From Candidatus Zhuqueibacterota bacterium (GTDB lineage: Bacteria; Zhuqueibacterota; Zhuqueibacteria; Thermofontimicrobiales; Thiofontviventaceae): a stretch of 64,000 nt of DNA. Position 1 is the first letter of the stretch. Every line of letters starts with the position of its first letter. The notes under the pieces were generated by a model. That model was not told where the DNA came from. It ran no database searches and worked only from the letters and a program-made list of their open reading frames with translations. Below, piece after piece: positions 18,166 through 27,690 of this stretch. The translations under genes and the position numbers were made by a program. Where the stretch lies: the NCBI GenBank assembly GCA_016931935.1, contig JAFGDW010000090.1, positions 199 through 64,198 on the forward strand. Direction: 5' to 3'.

Positions 18166-21100
18166 TTATAATACTTTTACGACGACATATTTTGACAGTT
18201 TTACCAGTACTTCTTCTATATTTATCGGCTTGGAAATGTAATCATCCATACCTGCATTCAAAAATTTTTCACGATCTCCCTTCATTGCATGAGCGGTCAT
18301 CGCAATAATCGGGATTTCTTTTTTATCGGAAAGCCGAATTCGTCTGGTTGCCTCAATCCCGTCCATTTTGGGCATCTGAACATCCATGAGAATAAGATCG
18401 AAATGTCGGTCAGCAGCGAATACTAAATCAAGCGCTTCCTGGCCGTCGTTTGCGACCTGCACCCGGTGTCCCCACTTCTTCAGAAGATTTATTGCCACTT
18501 TCTGGTTAATGATATTGTCTTCCGCCAAAAGAATATTCAACGAGCTGTTCACATCTGTATTGGCATGCCCATCACCTGAACCCGCATTAGCCTGATCAAT
18601 CTTACCCAGTGTCTCAAGGATTGCATGTAATAAATTCTGCTGACGGATTGGTTTTTGGATGAAATTTTGAATGGCGATTTCCTGCCGCTGTCCATGATTT
18701 TCATCATGCCCTAATGAACTCATCATAATTATTTTGATGTTGTTCCATTCTTCACGAGCACGTATAGCGCGTGCGACTTCCAGGCCATCCATTTCCGGCA
18801 TTTGATGATCGAGCAAGACCAATGAAAATTGTTTATCATTTGTTATCGCACGACTCAATAATTCCAATGCATGAGCGCCATTAATTGCAACGGTGGGTTT
18901 CAATTTCCACTGCGTGAAAAGATCGCTTACAAACGCGCAATTGGTTTCATTATCATCCACAATTAATATTCGCGTACCAACTAAATGTGAGGCTGGCAAT
19001 TCAACACTTTCGCACCCCTGAAAATTACCAGACGCAAAACAGGCGGTAAAGTAAAATGTACTTCCTTTTCCGATTTCACTCTCAACCCAAATATCGCCCC
19101 CCATCAAGCCAGCAATTTTTTGTGAAATCGTAAGCCCAAGTCCGGTGCCCCCATATTTACGCGTCGTGGAGCTATCAGCCTGAGAAAAGCTTTCAAAGAT
19201 TTTACTTATTTTATCTTGTGGGATACCAATTCCTGTATCAACAATAGCAAATCGAAGCTTCATTTTATCTACTGTTCGCGCTTTCGATTCGCTCACCAAT
19301 TCGACCCGAACAACAATTTCACCCTTTTCTGTAAATTTAATACTGTTTCCAATTAAATTAACAATCACTTGTCGCAATCTATCAGGATCGCCCTTCAAAG
19401 CAGTCGGTACATCCCGTTTAATCCCATAAAGAAGTTCCAGCCCTTTGGATTTTGCCTGAATCGCCAAGCTGGAAATGGCGGATTCAATTACATCGTGTAG
19501 CTTAAAATCGACTTCTTCCAGTTCCATTTTTCCGGCTTCAATCTTCGAAAAATCGAGAATATCATTTAACAATTTGAGTAACGATTCCGCTGATTGTTTG
19601 GCCATATGTAAATAGTCTCGTTGCGTTTTATTATCAGCCATTCCGATAGCCAACTCGGTCATACCGATAACGCCGTTCATCGGCGTTCTGATTTCATGGC
19701 TCATATTGGCTAAAAATTCACTTTTGTATTGATTTGCATCTTCAGCGAGTTTTTTTGCAGCCTGCAATTCACGCTCGAAACGTTTACGTTCGGTGATATC
19801 GCGATTGATACCAACCAATCCCTGCACATCGCCGTTCTGGTTACGCAATTGGATTTTCGAACTCAACACATATACTTTATTGCCGGTCAGGGGTTCAACA
19901 CCGTATTCTTCCTTATCAATGATTGTTTCACCCTGTTTGATGATTTTTATATCATCATTAATGAATTGCTCGGCAATTTCTTTCGGAAAAAAATCCATGT
20001 CCGTCCGCCCTAGCAAATCTTCCTGGCATAACTTCCCCATTTTTCTGATATGCGTTTTATTATTCAGAATAAATCGATTATCTACATCCTTGACAAAAAT
20101 GCTTTCGGGAACAATATCGATGACTGATTTCAATAAATAGCGCTCATTGGCAAGTTCTTTTGTCCGTTCTGATACTTTCTGTTCGAGCGATTTATTTTGC
20201 TGACGAATATTGTATGTTCGGATTTTATAAATAAACGCGATCAATCCGGCAATCACGACAATTACAATTACACGAAACCACCATGTCTGCCACATCGGCG
20301 GGGTAATAACAATGCCTAATGAGGTTTTCCGATCAAACCAGATGCCATCGCCATTGGTTGCTTTTGCCTGAAATTCATAATATCCGGCTGGTAAATTTGT
20401 ATAGGTGACAAATCTGCGCTTTCCGACATAATTCCACTTTTCTTCAAAATTAAGTAATCGGTACGCATATTCACATTTATTGGAGGAATTTAAATTTAAT
20501 GAGACATAGTTGAACGATATAATATTGTCTTTATACGACAGCTCAATCTTCTGCGTTTTTGAAACGACTTCCTTTAGAATCGTTCTGCCATCTTTCATGC
20601 TGCCAACAGGAATAGATGTATTAAATAATTTGACATCTTTAATAATTACCGTGGGGCTGCTATAATCATCAATTATTTCATCGGGATAAAAGGCAGTAAT
20701 GCCATATTCGCCACCAAATAATAATCGACCATCGGCTGTTTTAAAACAGGAACGTTTAAAAAATTGCTGATCCAATAATCCATCATTGACATCGTAATTT
20801 CGAAAAGTCTCGTCATCTGTTGAAAACCGCGTTAAGCCATTATCTGTACTCAGCCATAACTGATTATTGTCATCTTCCAGAATACCCATGATGATATTTG
20901 TGGATAATCCGTTCTTTTCAGTATAAACTGTAAAGTTATCCGATTCGGAATTATATCGATTCAATCCATCACGGGTACCAATCCACAATTTCCCGGATGA
21001 GTCGACAAAAATCGTATAAATAAAATCATTGCTCAGACTTGATTCATCATTGACTTTGTTGTGGTACACTGCAAATAATCCGGAATTTTTGTCGAACCGG

Positions 21101-22665
21101 GCCAATCCATAGGTTGTCGATATCCAAACACTATGCTCATAATCTTCCAAAATCTGTCCGCCCCATTTGCTGGGTATTTTTGTTGTATCGTTAGAATTTC
21201 CTTCATAGTGGGTAAACACATTATTTTTTATATCGAAATAATCCACACCGAAATTTTCAAGCGCAAGCCATAAATTATTATTGTGGTCCACATAAATATC
21301 CCGAACATCATTGCCGGCAATGCTGTTTCTGTTTTTCGGATCGTGCACATAACGAATAAATGAATCACCCGTTTTATTGAACAGATTAAGTCCGTTATCA
21401 TAAGTGGCAATCCAGATACGTCCGGACAAGTCTTCAACAATGGAGTAAATCGGACCAAATCCCAAACTGTGTGGATTTTTCGGATCATGTTCGTAGGTAT
21501 TTATTTTCACACCATCGCTATTAAACACATCAATTCCCCCGGCCATGTAACCTATCCATAGGTTGCTATTTTTGTCGACCAGAATTGTATTGACTTTCTT
21601 TTTGCTTAAACTATTTTTATCAGTCACGTTCCGAATGTATTGCTCAAACGCTTTTTGCTTTAAGTGATAACTAATTCCAAAGTTATCATGACCCGCCCAA
21701 ATATTTCCTTTACCATCCTTGAACACGCATGAAACATGCATGTTCTTAATACCGTTGCTGTTGTATTCGGAATAGGCATATGTCTGAAAAATATTTTTAC
21801 CGATATCATATAATTTGAGGCCTTCGCCGGTTGCCAACCAAATTTTATCCTTGCTATCTTTATAGAAGGAACGGATAAAGTTATATTCATTACTTTTTTG
21901 GATTCGGGTAAATTTTCCGGAGGTCCGATCGTAAATTGATAATCCGTAGCGGACAATGCCGATCAGAATATTTTTATTGCCATCGAAATAGAGCGCGGAA
22001 ATATTATTATCCGGCAGGCTGTTTTTTCTTTCGGGATTATGCTGAAAATGTGTAAACGAATTACTGTGAGTGTCGAAGAAATCAAGACCTGCTGGTGTGC
22101 CAATCCACAGATTATCATCATCATCAATTATCAGCGATTTGATATTGTTATTAATCAGGCTATTTATATTCTCTGAATTTTCAAACAAGGTGAACGTGTT
22201 TGCTCGGCTGTCATATTTATAAAATCCTACGCCATCGGTGGCAATCCAGAGATTATTCTTTTTGTCGTCAACAATGGAAACAATATTTGTATGAAGTTGA
22301 TTTTTCAAATAAGTTGTAAACGAATCCGTTTCACGCTCATATTTGCATAAACCATTGAATGTGCCAATCCACAGTACGCCGTTTTTATCTTCAAATAATG
22401 ATTGAACGTATGAATTGCACAGGCTGGACTGATTATTCGGTTCGGACAAATATACAGCAACGGAATAGCCATCGTATTTATTCAATCCTTTATCTGTTCC
22501 AATCCATAAAAATCCTTCATGATCTTCGAGAATACAATGAATATTATTATTGGAAAGCCCATGTTCCTTGGAAAGATGCTTGAATATGAGTGAACGTGTC
22601 TGTGCATGAAGTGACGGTCCAGCAGCAACCAGGATCATGCATAGTATCAGCATTTTATTTTTCAT
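18166..22665 (-). CDS. Hybrid sensor histidine kinase/response regulator: signal peptide, Reg_prop beta-propellers, Y_Y_Y, TM, PAS, HisKA, HATPase_c, REC, REC; no HTH output
   Basis: 1499 aa; YAYRLLNFEEKWNYV...TPPMWQTWWFR (Y_Y_Y/TM junction); H-box [17 protein letters not shown]; G-boxes DTGIGI, GGTGLGL; two receiver domains (LIVDDN...LLDHQMPEMDG; LLAEDN...LMDVQMPKMDG); 24 bp upstream of the MCP gene. Confidence 0.85.
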   Translation of the reverse strand: MKNKMLILCMILVAAGPSLHAQTRSLIFKHLSKEHGLSNNNIHCILEDHEGFLWIGTDKGLNKYDGYSVAVYLSEPNNQSSLCNSYVQSLFEDKNGVLWIGTFNGLCKYERETDSFTTYLKNQLHTNIVSIVDDKKNNLWIATDGVGFYKYDSRANTFTLFENSENINSLINNNIKSLIIDDDDNLWIGTPAGLDFFDTHSNSFTHFQHNPERKNSLPDNNISALYFDGNKNILIGIVRYGLSIYDRTSGKFTRIQKSNEYNFIRSFYKDSKDKIWLATGEGLKLYDIGKNIFQTYAYSEYNSNGIKNMHVSCVFKDGKGNIWAGHDNFGISYHLKQKAFEQYIRNVTDKNSLSKKKVNTILVDKNSNLWIGYMAGGIDVFNSDGVKINTYEHDPKNPHSLGFGPIYSIVEDLSGRIWIATYDNGLNLFNKTGDSFIRYVHDPKNRNSIAGNDVRDIYVDHNNNLWLALENFGVDYFDIKNNVFTHYEGNSNDTTKIPSKWGGQILEDYEHSVWISTTYGLARFDKNSGLFAVYHNKVNDESSLSNDFIYTIFVDSSGKLWIGTRDGLNRYNSESDNFTVYTEKNGLSTNIIMGILEDDNNQLWLSTDNGLTRFSTDDETFRNYDVNDGLLDQQFFKRSCFKTADGRLLFGGEYGITAFYPDEIIDDYSSPTVIIKDVKLFNTSIPVGSMKDGRTILKEVVSKTQKIELSYKDNIISFNYVSLNLNSSNKCEYAYRLLNFEEKWNYVGKRRFVTYTNLPAGYYEFQAKATNGDGIWFDRKTSLGIVITPPMWQTWWFRVIVIVVIAGLIAFIYKIRTYNIRQQNKSLEQKVSERTKELANERYLLKSVIDIVPESIFVKDVDNRFILNNKTHIRKMGKLCQEDLLGRTDMDFFPKEIAEQFINDDIKIIKQGETIIDKEEYGVEPLTGNKVYVLSSKIQLRNQNGDVQGLVGINRDITERKRFERELQAAKKLAEDANQYKSEFLANMSHEIRTPMNGVIGMTELAIGMADNKTQRDYLHMAKQSAESLLKLLNDILDFSKIEAGKMELEEVDFKLHDVIESAISSLAIQAKSKGLELLYGIKRDVPTALKGDPDRLRQVIVNLIGNSIKFTEKGEIVVRVELVSESKARTVDKMKLRFAIVDTGIGIPQDKISKIFESFSQADSSTTRKYGGTGLGLTISQKIAGLMGGDIWVESEIGKGSTFYFTACFASGNFQGCESVELPASHLVGTRILIVDDNETNCAFVSDLFTQWKLKPTVAINGAHALELLSRAITNDKQFSLVLLDHQMPEMDGLEVARAIRAREEWNNIKIIMMSSLGHDENHGQRQEIAIQNFIQKPIRQQNLLHAILETLGKIDQANAGSGDGHANTDVNSSLNILLAEDNIINQKVAINLLKKWGHRVQVANDGQEALDLVFAADRHFDLILMDVQMPKMDGIEATRRIRLSDKKEIPIIAMTAHAMKGDREKFLNAGMDDYISKPINIEEVLVKLSKYVVVKVL

Positions 22666-22712
22666 CGAGTCTTCTCATAAACAAAATCAACCGAGAGTGA
22701 ATTATGCTGGTA

Positions 22713-22810
22713 ACGAATTGGTTTTCGGATTTCTTTTTTATAAACCTACCCTTACCTTCGACCTTCTTTCAAAAGGAAGGGAATTTAAGATTAAATCCGA
22801 AAACCAATTC
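22713..22810. repeat. 98-bp element with perfect 18-bp terminal inverted repeats CGAATTGGTTTTCGGATT ... AATCCGAAAACCAATTCG (62-bp spacer); candidate MITE or long-stem regulatory/terminator structure in the HK-HK spacer
   Basis: Perfect inverted repeat read directly (22713-22730 vs 22793-22810); no obvious target-site duplication. Confidence 0.45.
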
Positions 22811-22860
22811 GGCCTTAGTATAGTTCAAATCTCGTATAGAACTATTCGTAATGGAACAAA

Positions 22861-25800
22861 TTATCCGTACGATTCGACCACCATTTTAGCATATTTCTGA
22901 ACAGTGCTTTTCACTTCATTCACATTGATCGGTTTCGAAATATAATCATTCATCCCGGCTTCAAGGAAACGTTCGCGGTCGCCTTTCATCGCATGGGCCG
23001 TCATGGCAATAATTGGAATTCGGGCATTACTATTGGATGCAGGCAATTCGCGAATTATCCGGGTAGCCATCATACCGTCCATAACAGGCATTTGCACATC
23101 CATCAATACAAGATTAAATGCTTCTTGCTGGAGATATTCAATTGCTTGTTGGCCGTTATTTGCGATAGCAACGTTATAGCCCCATTTCTGTAAAAGATTA
23201 ATCGCCACTTTCTGGTTTATTATATTATCTTCCACCAGGAGAATGCGTATTTCCCCCGGTCGTTCCTTTTCAACAATCTGCCCTTCATTATCATTTCGGG
23301 AATCAACCTGATTTTCCATTGTTTCCAGCAGAATCCGCAACAGGTCATCACGGCGAATCGGCTTCGGCAAATAATTATCGATTTTCACGCATTGTTGCCA
23401 CGTCGATTCCCGTTGATCGAGGATGGAGCTAATCAGAATAATTTTTACCTGGTCAAATTGCTGATCCGCCCGTACCTTCTCCACAAAACTACGAATATCC
23501 AGGTGGGGACTTTGAAAATCAGAAATAATCAGGCTAAACGGTCGGTTTTCATCTGCTGCAGTACACATAGCCCGGAAGGCGTCTCGCTCGTTGGCGTAGA
23601 CTTGTACACTGCATTTCCATGAATCCAGCATCTGTTGCAATATAATTGGATTTGTTTTATTATCATCCACTATCATCACCCGCATTCCATTGAAATCCAT
23701 GATTTGCAAGGAATTAGTTTCATGAGGTTTTTGATGTTCAATCTTAAACCGAGCAATGAAATGAAACGTACTTCCTTTACCATAGTCACTTTCTGCCCAG
23801 ATTCGACCGTGCATCAGTTCCGTCAGGTTGCGGCAAATCGCCAATCCCAAACCGGTGCCACCATACTTGCGTGTGGTCGAGTTATCTGCCTGGCGGAAAC
23901 TTTCGAAAATTGTTTTCAGCTTGTTTTCGGGAATTCCGATCCCGGTATCCGATATCGAAAAATGCAATTGCATATAATCTTCATTGGTTTGCGTATCGGT
24001 TTCGTCACATGCAACATGGACTGCAATTTCTCCGTTTTCAGTAAATTTAATAGCATTGGCCAGTAAATTGAATATTATTTGCCGCAACCGTCCCGGATCA
24101 CCCTGTAAATTGAGCGGTACATCCGGCTCAATATGATGAAAAATATCGACTCGTTTCGATTGCGCCTGAATTGTCAGCGATGTAATGGTTGAATCCACTA
24201 CCTGACGTAAATCGAAATCCACTTCTTCCAATTCCAACTTTCCGGCTTCAATTTTGGAGAAATCCAGAATATCTTTAAGTAAATTGGAAAGCGATTCTGC
24301 CGATTCTTTGGCAATTGTTAGATAATCGGACTGTTGTTTGCTCAATTTTGTATCAAGCACCAGTTCGGTCATGCCAATAATACCATTCATCGGTGTCCGT
24401 ATCTCGTGACTCATATTGGCCAGAAATTCACTTTTTGCCCGATTGGCAGCTTCGGCAAATTCTTTGGCTTGTTTAAGTTGTTCTTCAAACTTTTTTCGTT
24501 GTGTTATATTGTGGCTTATTCCCACGATTCCCTGAACATCGCCATCATCATTGTAATACAATATTTTTGTGGAAGTCACCCAAAATTTACTACCATCGGT
24601 TTGATCGATAACAATTTCTTCTTTATCAATTTGTGAATTTCCGGTCGCCAGCATTTTTTGTTCATCCTGATAATATTTTTCACCATATTCATTAGAAAAA
24701 ATTTCCACATCAGTTTTCCCCAGAACATCTTCCTGTTTTTTGGCACCTAACAGGTGTAAATGCGATTTGTTATTAAGTACAAACTGGCTTTGCCTGTCTT
24801 TAATGAAGATATAATCGGGTATTAAATCGATCAGTGTCCGTAGCAGATTTTTTTCATTCGCTAATTCACGGGTTCGTTCATCGACCTTTTTGCCGAGCTG
24901 CTTGTTTACCTGGCGGATATTATACGTGCGCAGATTATAAACGCCAATGATAATTAAACTAAGCACAAAAATAATCATTAACCGAAACCACCACGAAGCC
25001 CAATATGGCGGCGTTATTATTATTTTAACCGATGCACCTTCAATATTCCAGATTCCATCATTATTGGATGCCTTGACTCTGAACACGTACTTGCCCGGGT
25101 CAAGATTAGTATACGTCGCTTCACGTTTTTCATTTACATAATTCCAACTTTTCTCGAATCCTTCCATTATATATGCATATTGATTTTTTTCAGTTATAAT
25201 GTAATTCAGCGCCACAAATTCAAATGAAATGACATTCTGAAAATGATTTAATTTAATCTCTTTCGTTTGATTTATATTTGTGTGCAGGATACTTTGATCA
25301 GTTTGCCCGCCAATGGGAATTGACTTATTAAAAATTTTGAAATTGGTGAGATACACAGGTGGAGTGAACAGGTTATCACGTATGCTGTCCGGGTAAAAAT
25401 ATGTGATGCCATCTACTTCACCCCAGAGCAACTCCCCATCATGACTTTGCAAACATGCTGTTGCAAAAAATTCGTTTGATTGCATACCATCACGGCTATC
25501 AAAATTTCTTATGATCCCGGATTCCGGATTAAAACGAATAATGCCGCTATTCGTACTTAACCATAATTCGCCGCGTTCATCTTCGAGAATCCCGCAAATT
25601 CGATCGCTTTGGAATCCGTCTTCGCATAGGTATCGTTTGAAATTCTTTGTTTCCGAATTGAACAGATTCAGCCCTTCTCCTGTCCCAATCCAAATGCGAT
25701 GTTTGGTATCTTGAAATATTGTAATAATTAAATTGTCACTAAGACTAAATCGGTCATTTGGATTATTGCGGAAGTTTGTAATTTCCAGGCTGGGTGTTAA

Positions 25801-27339
25801 AAACGTCACCCCATCAGCCGTTCCGACCCACACGTTATCTTCGGCATCGACCAGTACTTTAAAATTCCAATCATTCGCCAGGGAATGGTAATTATCATTA
25901 ACATTTTGTCGGAAGCAGGTAAACGTCTGATTGTTTGGATTGAATTTATTCAGCCCCCCTCCGTTGGTCGCAATCCATAAATTATGGTGACTATCTTCGG
26001 CAATGGATCGAACATCATTGCTACTAATACTGTTGCGATCGTCGGGATCATGTCGATACGAGATTATTTTTCCGGTTTTTTCATCGAATAATTGTAATCC
26101 GCCTTCGTAGGTGCCCAGCCACATACGATGTTGGCTGTCTTTAAAAATAACATGTACCGTGCCATCGCCCAAACTGAACGGATTATTATTATCAGGTTCG
26201 TAATGTTTTTTTTGCCGTGTTGCTCGATTAATGACATCAATTCCATTGTTATATGAACCAATCCATAAATTTCCATGACGATCTTCACAAATGGCTGAAA
26301 TATTGCTTTTTGTGAGTTTAGGATCCGTATTCTTATTTAAATGATGGAATGGTTTTTTATGAGTAACAATACAAATTCCACCATATTTTACACCGACCCA
26401 TATATTTTTCTGACTATCTTCAAAAAAACATGAAACGCCTTCAGCCGAAAGACTTTTGTTATCATCCTGTGAATGCAAATATTCCCACGCATTGTTGCTT
26501 TTATCATTGAATCGCATCAAACTCAGGCTTGTGCCAAACCAGATTTGTCCCGTGCTAGCGCGTGTAATAAAGTAGATATTTGTTTTTTCGGGAAATATTC
26601 GTGTAAATTTATGAGTGTTCTTATTGTAAATCGAAATGCCCTTGTCGGCTGTACCAATCCACAACTGGTCTTTCTCATGGAACAGACTCAATATATAATT
26701 ATTACTCAGGCTGTTTTCATTCTGTGGTTGACAATGATAACTTGTGAGTTTATCTGTTTCTCGATCATAAAAATACAATCCATTCTGACTACCAATCCAA
26801 AAATTATCATCGTTGTCAATAGTAGCTTTTGTGACATTATTTTTCAAACTGTAGCAAAGTACAAATTCTTTTCCGGTGTTCTCAATTTTATGAATTTCAC
26901 CATCACCGAAAACTACCCAAATATTATTCAAACTATCTTCAAAAATACTGCTTACTTGCTTTATTATGCCACTATTCCCTCTTATGGAGTAATTAATAAA
27001 ATTATCCAATCGTGAATTATATTGGCTAATCCCCCAAATAGTGCCAATCCATAAGCGATGCTGACTATCCATAAACAATGCCGTAATCATATTATGAATT
27101 AGACTGGTCGAATCGCCGGGTATTTTCTTGTAGATTTTATATTGATAACCATCGTACATATTAAGACCATTATCCGTACCAATCCAGATGAATCCGTATT
27201 GGTCCTGGGTTATGTCTGTCACATTGCTACATGACAAGCCCTGATCCGTATTCGAACGTAGAAACTCCAATTCCCCTGCAAAGACACAACTGGCATGTAA
27301 TAATACAAACATCGAGATAAACACTAGTTTTCGTCCCAT
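22861..27339 (-). CDS. Hybrid sensor histidine kinase/response regulator (Reg_prop/Y_Y_Y periplasmic sensor, TM, PAS, HisKA, HATPase_c, REC, REC)
   Basis: 1492 aa paralogue; TPPYWASWWFR TM junction; [17 protein letters not shown]; DTGIGI/GGTGLGL; two REC domains. Confidence 0.85.
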   Translation of the reverse strand: MGRKLVFISMFVLLHASCVFAGELEFLRSNTDQGLSCSNVTDITQDQYGFIWIGTDNGLNMYDGYQYKIYKKIPGDSTSLIHNMITALFMDSQHRLWIGTIWGISQYNSRLDNFINYSIRGNSGIIKQVSSIFEDSLNNIWVVFGDGEIHKIENTGKEFVLCYSLKNNVTKATIDNDDNFWIGSQNGLYFYDRETDKLTSYHCQPQNENSLSNNYILSLFHEKDQLWIGTADKGISIYNKNTHKFTRIFPEKTNIYFITRASTGQIWFGTSLSLMRFNDKSNNAWEYLHSQDDNKSLSAEGVSCFFEDSQKNIWVGVKYGGICIVTHKKPFHHLNKNTDPKLTKSNISAICEDRHGNLWIGSYNNGIDVINRATRQKKHYEPDNNNPFSLGDGTVHVIFKDSQHRMWLGTYEGGLQLFDEKTGKIISYRHDPDDRNSISSNDVRSIAEDSHHNLWIATNGGGLNKFNPNNQTFTCFRQNVNDNYHSLANDWNFKVLVDAEDNVWVGTADGVTFLTPSLEITNFRNNPNDRFSLSDNLIITIFQDTKHRIWIGTGEGLNLFNSETKNFKRYLCEDGFQSDRICGILEDERGELWLSTNSGIIRFNPESGIIRNFDSRDGMQSNEFFATACLQSHDGELLWGEVDGITYFYPDSIRDNLFTPPVYLTNFKIFNKSIPIGGQTDQSILHTNINQTKEIKLNHFQNVISFEFVALNYIITEKNQYAYIMEGFEKSWNYVNEKREATYTNLDPGKYVFRVKASNNDGIWNIEGASVKIIITPPYWASWWFRLMIIFVLSLIIIGVYNLRTYNIRQVNKQLGKKVDERTRELANEKNLLRTLIDLIPDYIFIKDRQSQFVLNNKSHLHLLGAKKQEDVLGKTDVEIFSNEYGEKYYQDEQKMLATGNSQIDKEEIVIDQTDGSKFWVTSTKILYYNDDGDVQGIVGISHNITQRKKFEEQLKQAKEFAEAANRAKSEFLANMSHEIRTPMNGIIGMTELVLDTKLSKQQSDYLTIAKESAESLSNLLKDILDFSKIEAGKLELEEVDFDLRQVVDSTITSLTIQAQSKRVDIFHHIEPDVPLNLQGDPGRLRQIIFNLLANAIKFTENGEIAVHVACDETDTQTNEDYMQLHFSISDTGIGIPENKLKTIFESFRQADNSTTRKYGGTGLGLAICRNLTELMHGRIWAESDYGKGSTFHFIARFKIEHQKPHETNSLQIMDFNGMRVMIVDDNKTNPIILQQMLDSWKCSVQVYANERDAFRAMCTAADENRPFSLIISDFQSPHLDIRSFVEKVRADQQFDQVKIILISSILDQRESTWQQCVKIDNYLPKPIRRDDLLRILLETMENQVDSRNDNEGQIVEKERPGEIRILLVEDNIINQKVAINLLQKWGYNVAIANNGQQAIEYLQQEAFNLVLMDVQMPVMDGMMATRIIRELPASNSNARIPIIAMTAHAMKGDRERFLEAGMNDYISKPINVNEVKSTVQKYAKMVVESYG

Positions 27340-27440
27340 AAATTTCGAGGTCCCATAATTAGTTGGTCAAGGTCATTCTTCTACCTAGTAATCAATGTCA
27401 TTAAGTTAAGCTGATCGTTCTTGATCTTAGATTCCTAATA

Positions 27441-27506
27441 TGCTTCGACTTCGCTCAGCATGAAGCGGTCGTTGACTTCACACTGAGTCCTTCGTCATGC
27501 TCAGGA
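27441..27506. repeat. Hairpin-rich repeat fragment (GCTTCGACTTCGCTCAGCATGAAGCGG...TGACTTCACACTGAGTCCTTCGTCATGCTCAGG), related to elements at 36136, 41400 and 51483
   Basis: Shares GACTTCGAC / GCTCAG / CTGAG words and 20/24 identity with 51483-51506; read directly. Confidence 0.4.
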
Positions 27507-27690
27507 AATACTCCGTCAAAGTGTGAAAAAGTCAAACAACTAATTTTTTTCTTGACTTAATGGCATTGACTTAGTAATTGTTCAAAAATAAATTATCATT
27601 TTGTATTCGTGATGATAATATCTGCAAATTCTGCTTATTCTTTTTATTCGTATGTTGGATGATGCATTAAGTCCACATAAAACGCCATTT

